Below are positions 8,934 to 18,958 of a stretch of DNA of 64,000 bases, in pieces. Under the pieces are notes generated by a model, which ran no database searches, was not told the origin of the DNA, and worked only from the letters and a program-made list of their open reading frames with translations. The translations under genes and the position numbers were made by a program. Positions within the stretch are counted from its first letter, which is position 1; each line of letters starts with the position of its first letter. The DNA comes from Candidatus Thorarchaeota archaeon (GTDB taxonomy: Archaea; Asgardarchaeota; Thorarchaeia; Thorarchaeales; Thorarchaeaceae): assembly GCA_003345545.1 (NCBI GenBank), contig PRDH01000039.1, positions 32,001-96,000 on the forward strand, in the 5' to 3' direction.

Positions 8934-11844
8934 AAGGTGGGGGTACCTCCCATTCATCCTGAGGCTCTTCCACTTTGGGCTTCGGTTTTCTCCCGGATCC
9001 ATACTTGAGCCATCCCACATATATCAGCCCGACGCCTACCACGCCTAGCAGTGTGTAGACAACAGCCTGAATGAATAGGTCATCTGCCGCATTCACGGGT
9101 ACAAGAATCGTCTTCTGGAATATCTTGATGTTGCCCTCTGTGTCAGACGCCTCCACCTGGATTGAGTAGAATCCTCCACTACTGAACACAAATATCGTTG
9201 AGAACTTGTAGCCCTGATTCTCTGTTATTGGGCCCGTGAGGTTTGTGTTTCCGGGTCCAATGATGTCAATCGATACACGCTCCAGATCATTATCAAAGAC
9301 ATATGCAGTGATGTTTGCAAGTTCGCCCAACTTACCCATATTCATTTCGACATCATAGATTCTGGGCGCGTTAGGAAGGATTGCCTCTGCGAGGTTTCTG
9401 AGCAACCTTAGGTTGTCTGCTCCATAACGAATTGCATCGAACAGAATATCATCATAGAGCGTCGAGCCATCCGAGATGACAAATACATGGCCGTTACCGT
9501 ACTCTGCGGTGGCCACAATCGCATGAGTCTTTGCTGAGTCAGCCCAGAACAGCCCGCGTGCGTTTGAGATGCTTGGTTCAACGTGCAGTGTGCTTCCTTG
9601 GACAATGTAAAGGCTCCTCACTCCTTCCATGAGTGTAACATTCTCTACAGCGCTTCCGACGTCGGCGTCATATATCAGCCCAGAGCCTCCAGGACCATCA
9701 CCTATCCCATTTTGTTCACACTGTATGCCAAACGGTTCAAGTATGAGGTTATAGGAATCTATTCCGAATGTCGCTGAATGTGTTGTAGCATTCCAGAACT
9801 CCGATAGTACTAAGAGGATTCCACCGTTTTCAACAAATCCGTGCAATGCGGCAATCTCTGCATCAGAATATGCGGTTTCAGTATCCATAATCATGAACAC
9901 ATCTGAGCTGGAGATTGTACCGAGGTCTATGTAACTTCGTCTAAGATCTTCAGGATTTCCGAACTCCGTAAGCAGCATGCCTCGCTCTCTTAGATATTCG
10001 GTGAAGTATCCAAAGTATGATGGATCATCGATGTCACCGGTCAGCCCCGTTGAGTGGTGCTCCATATCAACCATCAAGCTCCCACCAAAGAGAGTGATGC
10101 TGAACTTGATATCAATTGAAGCTAGCGTTGTGTTTCCCGCAGTCAAATTCAACGTTCCTGTGTAGAGCCCCGCATTGCTAAGAGGCAGGTCCTCTGGAAT
10201 GTTCAGGAGAATGGCAAAGTGCGAATAGCCAGAGATTACTGAAACCTGTTCAACATTTGTTTCCACATATTGGCTTGCATTTCCGATTATCGTGATGCCG
10301 GCTGTTCCTGCTTGCACAGTGGAAATGACAGTAATATTCTGAGGTGGTCTATCGTCTCCTACAATCAGAACCTGCGGGCCCCAAGGGAGGGTAGGGAAAC
10401 GTCTTGGTGTCATGATTGTTATGTCACGTGAAGAGTCAGCCAGAGCCTGAGAAGCACGAGTAACATTGACCAGACCCCACCCCTGAAGCATTGGGTCAAG
10501 GCCTAGGTCTGTGGATGACAACATCAGTGCTGTCTTTGCCTCTTCCGGAGTCAGCACAAGATGTTTCTGTGCCAATAGCGCAACAGCGCCTGCAACCATG
10601 GGAGCCGATGCCGATGTTCCTGACCAGACTGTATAATTGTTGGCATACTGTGAGGAGTTGTAGCTGGGATACTCACTTGGAATGGCATCTTCGCCCCTTC
10701 CTGAAACAACATAGTAACCAGGTGCGACGACATCTGGTTTAGCCATGTATCCTTTAGGCTGCGAAACAGTTCTCCAGACTGGACCAACACTACTAAATGC
10801 AATGACTCCCTCAGCTCCAGATGATGCTCCGACTGTAATGACCTCTTCTGTGATGCCTGGTGAGTTGATAGAGAACGCTTGTGGTCCTGAATTGCCCGCG
10901 GCGACCACTACAGAAATGCCCGCATCAACGGCGTTTCGACAGGCTACTACGGATGGTTCGACAACGAAAGTACTGTCTGTCCATTCGCCACCCAGACTTA
11001 GGCTTATTACATCTGCGTCGTTATCAATAGCAAACTCGATGCCCTGTGCAATGACTGAATCATCGCCAGAACCCTCATTATCGAGAACCTTGATAGAGAG
11101 AATGCTCGCACCAGGAGCCATACCTGTGAGATTGCCACCGCTTGCCGTGCCATCCCCTGCCACATTCCACGTGCAGGCAGTACCGTGACCATTGTCGTCG
11201 TATGCATCGATGCCATTCGCAGGTGTCATATCATCTCGTCCGTTGATGAGGTCCTTGAATCCAATCAGCCGGTTCTCAAGATCTGGATGATTTCCGTCCA
11301 CTCCGCTGTCCAATACAGCGACAACAATCCCGCTTCCGTTGAATCCTTGCTCCCACAAGCCATTAGCGTCCATGATTTCAGTGAAGTGCACATACTCATT
11401 TCCATTTGCTGCGAACACTGCCTGCGGGTCTGCTGTTTGAGAGGTGATCTGTCTGTTCATGTCTAGTGTTAGAGCAATCATCTTAGTGTTTTGAGCAAGC
11501 TTGGTGATTTCATCGCTCCTCACATACAGCGATACCATTGGCATGATATGAAATGCATGTCGAATCTGAATGCTGATAGCCACTGACATGTCAATCGAGG
11601 CAATCATCTCTTCGGGTGTGCTTCCTTCAGGAAACAACGCTATGAGTGACATCACGTCATCTGATTGAGACTCTGCTAATGCGGCAATCAGATCTGCACT
11701 CATGAAAGTTTCCTGAGATGAATCTGCGGCACTGGTATGCCACACAGGCACTGGTGAGAACATCAATGTCACAAGAATTATGAGAACGATGGTGGATCTA
11801 CGAATCGCTGGCATTACTGCGTGTCCTTCCATGTCGTCAGCCAT
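8923..11844 (-). CDS. membrane-anchored S8 serine peptidase with C-terminal GATase-like/DUF4350-type domain
   Basis: VLDSG, HGTACT, AAGNSG, GTSASAPMVAG; signal peptide; C-terminal TM. Confidence 0.9.
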   Translation of the reverse strand: MADDMEGHAVMPAIRRSTIVLIILVTLMFSPVPVWHTSAADSSQETFMSADLIAALAESQSDDVMSLIALFPEGSTPEEMIASIDMSVAISIQIRHAFHIMPMVSLYVRSDEITKLAQNTKMIALTLDMNRQITSQTADPQAVFAANGNEYVHFTEIMDANGLWEQGFNGSGIVVAVLDSGVDGNHPDLENRLIGFKDLINGRDDMTPANGIDAYDDNGHGTACTWNVAGDGTASGGNLTGMAPGASILSIKVLDNEGSGDDSVIAQGIEFAIDNDADVISLSLGGEWTDSTFVVEPSVVACRNAVDAGISVVVAAGNSGPQAFSINSPGITEEVITVGASSGAEGVIAFSSVGPVWRTVSQPKGYMAKPDVVAPGYYVVSGRGEDAIPSEYPSYNSSQYANNYTVWSGTSASAPMVAGAVALLAQKHLVLTPEEAKTALMLSSTDLGLDPMLQGWGLVNVTRASQALADSSRDITIMTPRRFPTLPWGPQVLIVGDDRPPQNITVISTVQAGTAGITIIGNASQYVETNVEQVSVISGYSHFAILLNIPEDLPLSNAGLYTGTLNLTAGNTTLASIDIKFSITLFGGSLMVDMEHHSTGLTGDIDDPSYFGYFTEYLRERGMLLTEFGNPEDLRRSYIDLGTISSSDVFMIMDTETAYSDAEIAALHGFVENGGILLVLSEFWNATTHSATFGIDSYNLILEPFGIQCEQNGIGDGPGGSGLIYDADVGSAVENVTLMEGVRSLYIVQGSTLHVEPSISNARGLFWADSAKTHAIVATAEYGNGHVFVISDGSTLYDDILFDAIRYGADNLRLLRNLAEAILPNAPRIYDVEMNMGKLGELANITAYVFDNDLERVSIDIIGPGNTNLTGPITENQGYKFSTIFVFSSGGFYSIQVEASDTEGNIKIFQKTILVPVNAADDLFIQAVVYTLLGVVGVGLIYVGWLKYGSGRKPKPKVEEPQDEWEVPPPSIE

Positions 11845-11995
11845 CAGTGGAAAGATAAGGCTTTTCTTCCATGCCAGACTCCTCGGGCAAGCCGCCGCAC
11901 TCTAGCTCGGATATGCCGAGAAAGAAGAACAAATCCCTTCGGGTTCACTAATTGATTAGGCTGCATTAGGGCATCCCAAACAACAAGCGGAGCGC

Positions 11996-12292
11996 ATGAG
12001 AATGGCAACAAAAACATACACGTACGAGCGTCGACTTCAACTCAAACACTTCTTCGATGATCGTGGATCGGGTCAGACGAGAAGAACGTGGCTTGAGATT
12101 CAGCTTGCCATGCCTGAGAAGACAACAGAAGGATGGATCAATGATGGGAAGGTCCGACTATCGATCGGTGAGGATCGTGATGTCAAAGGTTCGTTTCTTC
12201 TGTCCGTCGATGAGGCAGTCAGATTGGTCAAGAGCCTCGATATGGCAATTGAAGATCACGAAGCTGAGAAAGTCAGACTCTGGAGAGAATAG
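11996..12292 (+). CDS. hypothetical protein (beta-rich with C-terminal helix)
   Basis: 98-aa ORF preceded by a GGAG SD-like motif. Confidence 0.7.
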   Translation: MRMATKTYTYERRLQLKHFFDDRGSGQTRRTWLEIQLAMPEKTTEGWINDGKVRLSIGEDRDVKGSFLLSVDEAVRLVKSLDMAIEDHEAEKVRLWRE

Positions 12293-12413
12293 TCACAGCT
12301 GAGCCCCTTGTTCCTGGTTCTCAATGGGAAACAATCTCTCCTTACTTCTTGGCGCCCTCATAGTTTTGCCAGAATAGTTTTAACCTAGCATATGCCTATC
12401 CTATCGATATTAG

Positions 12414-13520
12414 TTGGGAGGCCCTCCAATGACTGTTTCGGCTCTTCTATCAGACTATCAATCGCTGGTCGCTCTTGGCGCACCGATGGATGATATTCTC
12501 GCTATTGGTATATTCGCGCTGCCACTCGCTGCTCTGGGTATCATTCTTCTGGTCTATCAGCGACACCTTCCACAGAATGAGCTCAAACGCAATCTCATGG
12601 TGGTATCTGGTATCATCTGCTTGGCAGCAACTTCTCTGGGCGTCCTCTTTGCGGCTTCCAGCGCACTTCCTTGGAGTTTTGGGTCGTGGGACACATTCTC
12701 ACGAGGGCTGCAACTGCTCGTAGATCTATTCTTCGGATCAGTTCTGTTTTCTCTCCTGTACCTCCTCGGATGCGTGGTCTTCTTTGCACTTCTGGCTCAC
12801 TTCATCATTGCGGCTCCAGAACCAGATCTGGTCAGTCTGAGAACAGAGATGAAGGCGGCCAAGGAAGAGGCCAAACTTAGCAAAGAAGCTGTTCAGCGGC
12901 TTGAGGTGGACAACAAACGACTCAACGAGTTCCTCTCTGAGAAAGAAACATCATTAGCATCTCTTGAGGGGGAGCTTGAAACAATTAGGGCCGAGATAAG
13001 CGAACGTGAAGGTTCGATTTCTCTGATGGAGGCGCAACTCAAGGCGAAATCGGGACCTTCAGGCATTGAGGACAATGTGCGGGCTCAAATCCAGCAGAAG
13101 GATTTGACTATTGGCTCTCTCCAATCTGAAATTGCTGATTTAAGACTCAAGGTGGAAGGCACCAAGGACAGACCGATGACCTCACGAGACGATCGCAAGC
13201 TTGCGGAACTTGAGAAAAGCCTGCAGAACAGTCAGGCAAGATGGATTGACTTGACTCGTCGTGCAGAAACTGCATCGCAGGTTTCTGACAGCGTCATCTC
13301 TGACTTGGTGGAATTGATTTCGCAGGTCAAATCCACTAAGAAGGAAGATTCAACCAAGCAGACCCTGATCTCTCTCATTGAAGGTCTCGGGAAATCCGTT
13401 ACTAGGGTGGCTCGAGAAGCCGGAGAAGCAAAGGCTGACGAACCGAGGGTTGAGCTGATTGGCGCGATTATTATGACCAACGAAATAGTGGATGCCATCA
13501 AGAAAGTGATTCGTCAGTAG
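12414..13520 (+). CDS. membrane protein with three N-terminal TM helices and long coiled coil
   Basis: hydrophobic segments in aa 28-133, then E/K/L heptad-rich region; start may be ATG 12429. Confidence 0.8.
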   Translation: MGGPPMTVSALLSDYQSLVALGAPMDDILAIGIFALPLAALGIILLVYQRHLPQNELKRNLMVVSGIICLAATSLGVLFAASSALPWSFGSWDTFSRGLQLLVDLFFGSVLFSLLYLLGCVVFFALLAHFIIAAPEPDLVSLRTEMKAAKEEAKLSKEAVQRLEVDNKRLNEFLSEKETSLASLEGELETIRAEISEREGSISLMEAQLKAKSGPSGIEDNVRAQIQQKDLTIGSLQSEIADLRLKVEGTKDRPMTSRDDRKLAELEKSLQNSQARWIDLTRRAETASQVSDSVISDLVELISQVKSTKKEDSTKQTLISLIEGLGKSVTRVAREAGEAKADEPRVELIGAIIMTNEIVDAIKKVIRQ

Positions 13521-13809
13521 AAATACGCGGCGGCATGCTCGGCCCATCGAATTGGGTTCCGCAAAAGTGAGTGATTCGTACTGAATTAGGAGCTCATTAC
13601 AAGAGAGGGCCATAGGCCCTTGCATAGGAGTATTTGAAGCACAGTAGAATCACACTCTGGCCACAAACTCTGAAGGGCTACCAGCATGATTCTAAGCAGC
13701 CGCTCATTTCATTCGCAGCACTCATGAAAAGGAATTTCCTCTATTGCGAAAATCTTGCGCAATGCTTAATAGCAGGGTTGTCGCAGCTCGAAACTAATCA
13801 CATTACCCG

Positions 13810-13926
13810 TGGAGAACGCTGAAGAGGAGATAGCCAGTTTCACAAGAACTGGTTTGGAAGTTTTGTTGCGTCCAGAGGACGTCATCTTTGTTGAGGTGAT
13901 GCTACTCTGTCCGTGCTTGTTCTCCA
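13810..13926 (+). promoter_or_regulatory. putative structured 5' leader of the large surface protease
   Basis: TGGAGAAC/GTTCTCCA closing stem enclosing three hairpins; TATA-like CTTAATA at about 13765. Confidence 0.45.
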
Positions 13927-13953
13927 TCGAAATCGTGAGGAGAAAAATGAAAA

Positions 13954-16900
13954 ATGATTAACCTGAGAAAAACTATGGTTCTATTTGCGATCGGCGTGAT
14001 GACCATAAGCTTGGTCCTCGTCCCATTCGCGCCAATGACCAAGGTTGACTCCCAGGTAGCCGCTCCGACAGACTATGAGCGTGAGTTCGCCGAAAGATGG
14101 GCGAGTCGCTTGCAGCAGAATCCTGTGACGGAGCGAGTAGATCCGTTACTGGTTTCCTATATGGAAACTGGTGCTCTGGATGAAAAGATGGTCACCACAC
14201 GAAGTGGTGATGTCAAGCTGTTGCTTTATCTTGAGCCAGCGTTTGACACTGACACTTTGGCAGGAATCGCCAAAGTTCGGTGGCAGATTGACTTTAAGCT
14301 GATGCGCATAGCTTCAGTCGAGGTCAGCTCGGTCAAAGAACTAAGACAGCTCAAGGCTCTTGATGGTATTACTTACCTCCAAGCCGATATCTTCATTGAT
14401 CCAGAACCTTCCTATGAAGACGGAGACGACATATCACCCGATATGTTCCACATCAACGATGTTGTTGGTGCTACTCAGGCTAACGCTTTAGGCTACACTG
14501 GTGATGGTGTTATTGTAGGCATTGACGATACTGGCATAGACTTCAGCCAGTCTGACATGTGGAATACTGAATACCACAACACTACTCACCCAATGTCATA
14601 TGACCCATCAAGCTACGGTCTAACAGAGATGGTCATTGCAAACAATACGTATGTAGAGAATACAACAGCCTGGCTTGAGGCTGGTTACCTCCTGACCTAC
14701 GAGCTGGGTGGTAACTACTATCTCAATGTGACAGGATGGGATCCGGTCTGTAACAACGGAAACACTCACAGATACCTGATGGGCCTTCTGGCACCGTACG
14801 GTAATGGCTATCCCCCTGGACCGAATATTGGTTTCATAGGTCTCTATCAAAATGCTTGGGGCATCGACAATGCTTCTGAGTTCGTCTACAACGAGATGTG
14901 GAAGGACTGGCAGATCCCTGCCCCCGGAGCGCACAACTACACCTTTGGTTGGGCTCAGCAGCAACGCAATGCTGGGTACATGAAGGTGTTCGCTGCCTCA
15001 ATGATCTACGAGGGCGACCTCATCATCGACTGGAACGGCTCGCTTGCATGGACAGAGATGTGGATGGGCGCAATGTACTACGAGTACTATGACCTGAACA
15101 GCACTGCTGACCGTACAACAATCACAGGTATGATGGACTGGAGCTTTGTAGATGACTATGACTTAGGTTTCATCTATAATGCTGCAGATAATGTCCTCTA
15201 CGCAGATGGGCTTATTGGCGGTAGCTTGGCTATGGGTCTCGGCTCACTCAGCTGGGCCTATGACGAGGTAGGCTATCTATCATTTGATCCTGGCCTCTTC
15301 TGTGCTATCACAGACGATGGCATGGCATGGAATGCGCTGTATCCTGGTGGGACAACCACAGAGAGCAACCACGGACACTGGACTGGAGCCGCAATTGCGT
15401 CACAGGGTGTCTATGGTCATAATGTGTATGGTAATGGGACCCTCTACAACCTGCCCGGTGTTGCCCCTGGTGCAAGGCTCATAGCAACCAAGGGTATTAC
15501 CTCCGGTGGTGGCATCATGTCTGATTTCTGGGCCGCTGGTTTCCATCTCAATGAAACCTCTGGCTCTTGGGAATACATCGGTGATGGACCCTCGCATAGG
15601 GCAGACATCGTTTCCAACTCTTGGGGTTGGGGACCTGGTGGTTCTTACCTGCAGCTCTACTACTATGCTCTAATGTACGATATGGCATCAGTACCCAATG
15701 TACTTGGCACTGGATACCCTGGAACTCTCTTTGTGTTCTCAGCGGGTAACAATGGCAACGACTACGGTACATCTGGCACTCCCGCTGGTTCGTACTCAGT
15801 TGTTTCGGTTGGTGCTTCATACACTAGCCACTACTACGAGACTTCCTATGGCCCAGAACAGACTGATGGCCAGGCTGTTGAGTTCTCATCAGCTGGTCCA
15901 GCCTTCACTGGCGTTGTGAAGCCTGATATTATGGCTCCCGGTTACAGGGGTGTCAGTCCACAGCCATCACAGAACGAGTGGTGGGGAGCAGGTGCCACAT
16001 ATTACTGGTGGCAAGGTACAAGTCTCTCCTGTCCTCTCGTAGCTGGTGTCGCAGCTATCATCATTGATGCATACGTTACTGTGCATGCAGTGAAGCCCAC
16101 TCCGCAGATGCTCAGGAACATCCTTCTGTCATCAGCAACTGACATGGGCTACGATCCGTTCATACAGGGTCACGGTCTAGTCAATGCTTTGGCAGCAGTG
16201 ACTGCTATCGATGCCCAGACTCTAACTGAATACATCTTCGAGTCAGAGGGCTTTGGCAACTACGGAGCTCAGGTAGCTGAGGCTTGGAGTGTGTATGGAT
16301 ACAACGATGATCCGTTTGGTATCTACATGCCATCACCGACACCTGTCGGAATGGAGTCAAGCAGCATCTTCTTCGGTTCAGTCGAACGAGGTGAGACAGA
16401 ATTCGCGGACCTTACTGCTTGGGACTATGCCTTGAATGAGGTACAGACTGGAGCATTTGATACAATAACAGCCTGGCAATACACTCAGGGCAGCAAGTTC
16501 TCGTTCGGTCTGACAACAGGCCAATACAATGACACGAACTTCAGTCCCGTGATCGTACGTCCAAAATCATTCAACCTCTATGACTACATGGATGCTGGAC
16601 AAGAGGCTGCATTCCTGGCTGCAAAGTACGTGACAATCAACGTCGCGTTTGGTGCCGGGGACATCCCGATCTATGCGCGACTGTTCGATTGGAACGACCT
16701 CATCTTGCCGGGTGAACTGAACTACTGGAACTTCACGTCTGGCGTGGGCGACATTGTTGACCACGTTAGCCGCTACACAAGTACCTGCAACCTGCTAACG
16801 CTTAGGCTTGCAGATCCAGCTACGATGGCTAGCCTGTTCGACTATGTTCCAGCCCTACAACTCGAGGATACTACTGCGCCAACAACTGTGACTGTGACCA

Positions 16901-18765
16901 TCACCATCTGGCAGACTACTGTCGAGGATGACATTGTCATTGCTGATGGTGTCCCAGAAGGAATCAATGTCACATTGAATGTCAATGCTGCCGCAGAGTA
17001 TGGAATCCACCAAGGTTCCATCCTCTTCGTTGATGGTGCATGGAGTCACATGGTACCATACTCCTACATGGTTGATTTCAACATGGCATCGCTCTATGGA
17101 ACAAATCAGACCATTGTTAATGGTGCTGGTACCGTAACACCTTACGATACTGGTGCGGTGACAACCTCATTCATTAGGGGCTCGACCCGAACAGACGAGA
17201 GTGGTGGTATCGACGTATTCCGTGTGAACATCCCATATGACATTACCCTCAACGCATCTGTTCTTGTCATTCGAGCAGAATGGCAGAACCCGGGAACAGT
17301 TGTTGACTTCCAGCTACGTGATCTATGGAACGGTCTCATCACAACGACCAATGATAGACCGAGTTCAACCTCTGCATTCAATCCTGTCCCATTCGATGAT
17401 CTGTACAACATGATCATCTGGGACAATGAAGGCGGGCTGATCAATGGCAGCTACTGGTTACTCCTCTACACACACGTGTTTAACGGAACATCTGTACCTG
17501 AGGATATCAAGGTCATACTACAGCTCTACAATGCTACAACATTTGCTGATCTGGCCTATGACAACAAGTGGACCTCGAGAACCATGACCACTCCAACACC
17601 TTACTACAACGGCAATAACATCGTGGGTGACCATGTTGTCATTACAAACACTTGGAGCGTTCCAACTATCCCAGGTGTCCCTGAGTACGCACTTGCCAGT
17701 ACAAAGACTACTCTCCTGAGTGGCCTATACGTTGAGATGACAGGCAGCTATGCTAACCCAGGGGGTGTAGATGACTGGCCAATCTCAGTGTCTCTGACAA
17801 ACCTCTACACGTGGGAAACTGTTGAAGGCATCAATGCAGGCGATGTCGTCAGAGTTGTGTTGGATGCACAAAACGGCGCGGACCCATCGTTTGATGTCTG
17901 GACATGGGACGATGAAAACGATGATGGTGAGGTTAGTCTGGATGAGATAGGTGATGCCTCTCTGTTGAGCGTGGATAACGGCGGTGGCGGAGGGGTCGAG
18001 TCCGGCCAATACACGGCGGCTGATACTGGGGCTATCGCAATCCGTGTGTTCTGCTGGGATTATTCGTTCGCTGGTCAGAACTACAAGCTCACTGTAGACA
18101 CAAGGGCCTCGGCGATTAGTCTGAGCGAGGCTGGTACACCTGCGTACACTGAATACGATACCTACCTCATGTTGCGTAACGTTACCGTGGCGGTTATCTT
18201 CACGTGTTACACAACAACCAACCTGGTACACGTGGTTCAGTTCCCGGGAGTCACATTCAGCAACTACTTCAAGCCACACGTGACAGTGGGTGTTCCAAGT
18301 GAAACGACTGCTGATCACTTCAATCTCACCTGGTCCTCCACTGATCAGAATGCTGATGATGTGGCCTACTACTCGATCTGGTTGAGCAGAGACGGTGGTG
18401 CGACATACGCGTTGTTGCTGCAGAACACGACAGGTACCTTCTATGTATGGGACTCGACCACATGGGTTGAGGCGAACTATACCTTGAGAGTACGTGCCTA
18501 CAGCTGTGACTTCTCCCTCGGTCTCTGTGATGTCAGTGAGAATCCGCCAACCGGCTACTGGCCCGCTGATTTCACTGATGCGTTCACCGCGCCATTCGCA
18601 GCAGGTGGTATCCCACCACCGGTGACAACCACAACAACGACAACCACGACTCCACCCACAACGGGTCCAGTAACTCCAATTGATCCATTGCTGATCGGAT
18701 TGGTTGCTGGTATCGGTGTTGGTGTTGTAGTGGTCCTCATACTCTTCTTAATCAAGAAGAGGTAG
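13954..18765 (+). CDS. giant S8 peptidase (pyrolysin-like cell-envelope glycoprotein) with Thr-rich linker and C-terminal TM anchor
   Basis: IDDTG, HGHWTG, SAGNNG, KPDIMAPG, GTSLSCPLVAG; many N-x-S/T sequons; poly-Thr then TM then KKR. Confidence 0.9.
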   Translation: MINLRKTMVLFAIGVMTISLVLVPFAPMTKVDSQVAAPTDYEREFAERWASRLQQNPVTERVDPLLVSYMETGALDEKMVTTRSGDVKLLLYLEPAFDTDTLAGIAKVRWQIDFKLMRIASVEVSSVKELRQLKALDGITYLQADIFIDPEPSYEDGDDISPDMFHINDVVGATQANALGYTGDGVIVGIDDTGIDFSQSDMWNTEYHNTTHPMSYDPSSYGLTEMVIANNTYVENTTAWLEAGYLLTYELGGNYYLNVTGWDPVCNNGNTHRYLMGLLAPYGNGYPPGPNIGFIGLYQNAWGIDNASEFVYNEMWKDWQIPAPGAHNYTFGWAQQQRNAGYMKVFAASMIYEGDLIIDWNGSLAWTEMWMGAMYYEYYDLNSTADRTTITGMMDWSFVDDYDLGFIYNAADNVLYADGLIGGSLAMGLGSLSWAYDEVGYLSFDPGLFCAITDDGMAWNALYPGGTTTESNHGHWTGAAIASQGVYGHNVYGNGTLYNLPGVAPGARLIATKGITSGGGIMSDFWAAGFHLNETSGSWEYIGDGPSHRADIVSNSWGWGPGGSYLQLYYYALMYDMASVPNVLGTGYPGTLFVFSAGNNGNDYGTSGTPAGSYSVVSVGASYTSHYYETSYGPEQTDGQAVEFSSAGPAFTGVVKPDIMAPGYRGVSPQPSQNEWWGAGATYYWWQGTSLSCPLVAGVAAIIIDAYVTVHAVKPTPQMLRNILLSSATDMGYDPFIQGHGLVNALAAVTAIDAQTLTEYIFESEGFGNYGAQVAEAWSVYGYNDDPFGIYMPSPTPVGMESSSIFFGSVERGETEFADLTAWDYALNEVQTGAFDTITAWQYTQGSKFSFGLTTGQYNDTNFSPVIVRPKSFNLYDYMDAGQEAAFLAAKYVTINVAFGAGDIPIYARLFDWNDLILPGELNYWNFTSGVGDIVDHVSRYTSTCNLLTLRLADPATMASLFDYVPALQLEDTTAPTTVTVTITIWQTTVEDDIVIADGVPEGINVTLNVNAAAEYGIHQGSILFVDGAWSHMVPYSYMVDFNMASLYGTNQTIVNGAGTVTPYDTGAVTTSFIRGSTRTDESGGIDVFRVNIPYDITLNASVLVIRAEWQNPGTVVDFQLRDLWNGLITTTNDRPSSTSAFNPVPFDDLYNMIIWDNEGGLINGSYWLLLYTHVFNGTSVPEDIKVILQLYNATTFADLAYDNKWTSRTMTTPTPYYNGNNIVGDHVVITNTWSVPTIPGVPEYALASTKTTLLSGLYVEMTGSYANPGGVDDWPISVSLTNLYTWETVEGINAGDVVRVVLDAQNGADPSFDVWTWDDENDDGEVSLDEIGDASLLSVDNGGGGGVESGQYTAADTGAIAIRVFCWDYSFAGQNYKLTVDTRASAISLSEAGTPAYTEYDTYLMLRNVTVAVIFTCYTTTNLVHVVQFPGVTFSNYFKPHVTVGVPSETTADHFNLTWSSTDQNADDVAYYSIWLSRDGGATYALLLQNTTGTFYVWDSTTWVEANYTLRVRAYSCDFSLGLCDVSENPPTGYWPADFTDAFTAPFAAGGIPPPVTTTTTTTTTPPTTGPVTPIDPLLIGLVAGIGVGVVVVLILFLIKKR

Positions 18766-18792
18766 GTGTAGGAATGTAGCTTTAGTAAATTT

Positions 18793-18826
18793 AGGGGGCT
18801 TTTGCCCCCTCCCTTCTTTTTCTGTT
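18793..18826 (+). terminator. hairpin plus pyrimidine/T tract terminator
   Basis: AGGGGGC-TTTT-GCCCCCT followed by CCCTTCTTTTTCTGTTT, 28 nt after the stop. Confidence 0.7.
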
Positions 18827-18958
18827 TCTATGCCAATGAGCGAGAATCAGGTCAATGAGCATCATAGAAGACAGCCCGGACTTGAAGTAGACTTAATCTG
18901 AGCGGGGATGTCACGAACGTGTCTAGATTCTAAAATGACTCCTTGATAACGACTTCTT

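Noticed and set aside
11880-11960. Small hairpins CTCGG-ATATG-CCGAG and CC-TTCG-GG in the divergent intergenic region
   Set aside because: Stems are too short to distinguish from chance.
13810-13926. tRNA gene or lysine riboswitch as the identity of the cloverleaf-like leader
   Set aside because: No T-loop GTTCRA or D-loop consensus, and the lysine-riboswitch conserved core and long kissing arms are absent.
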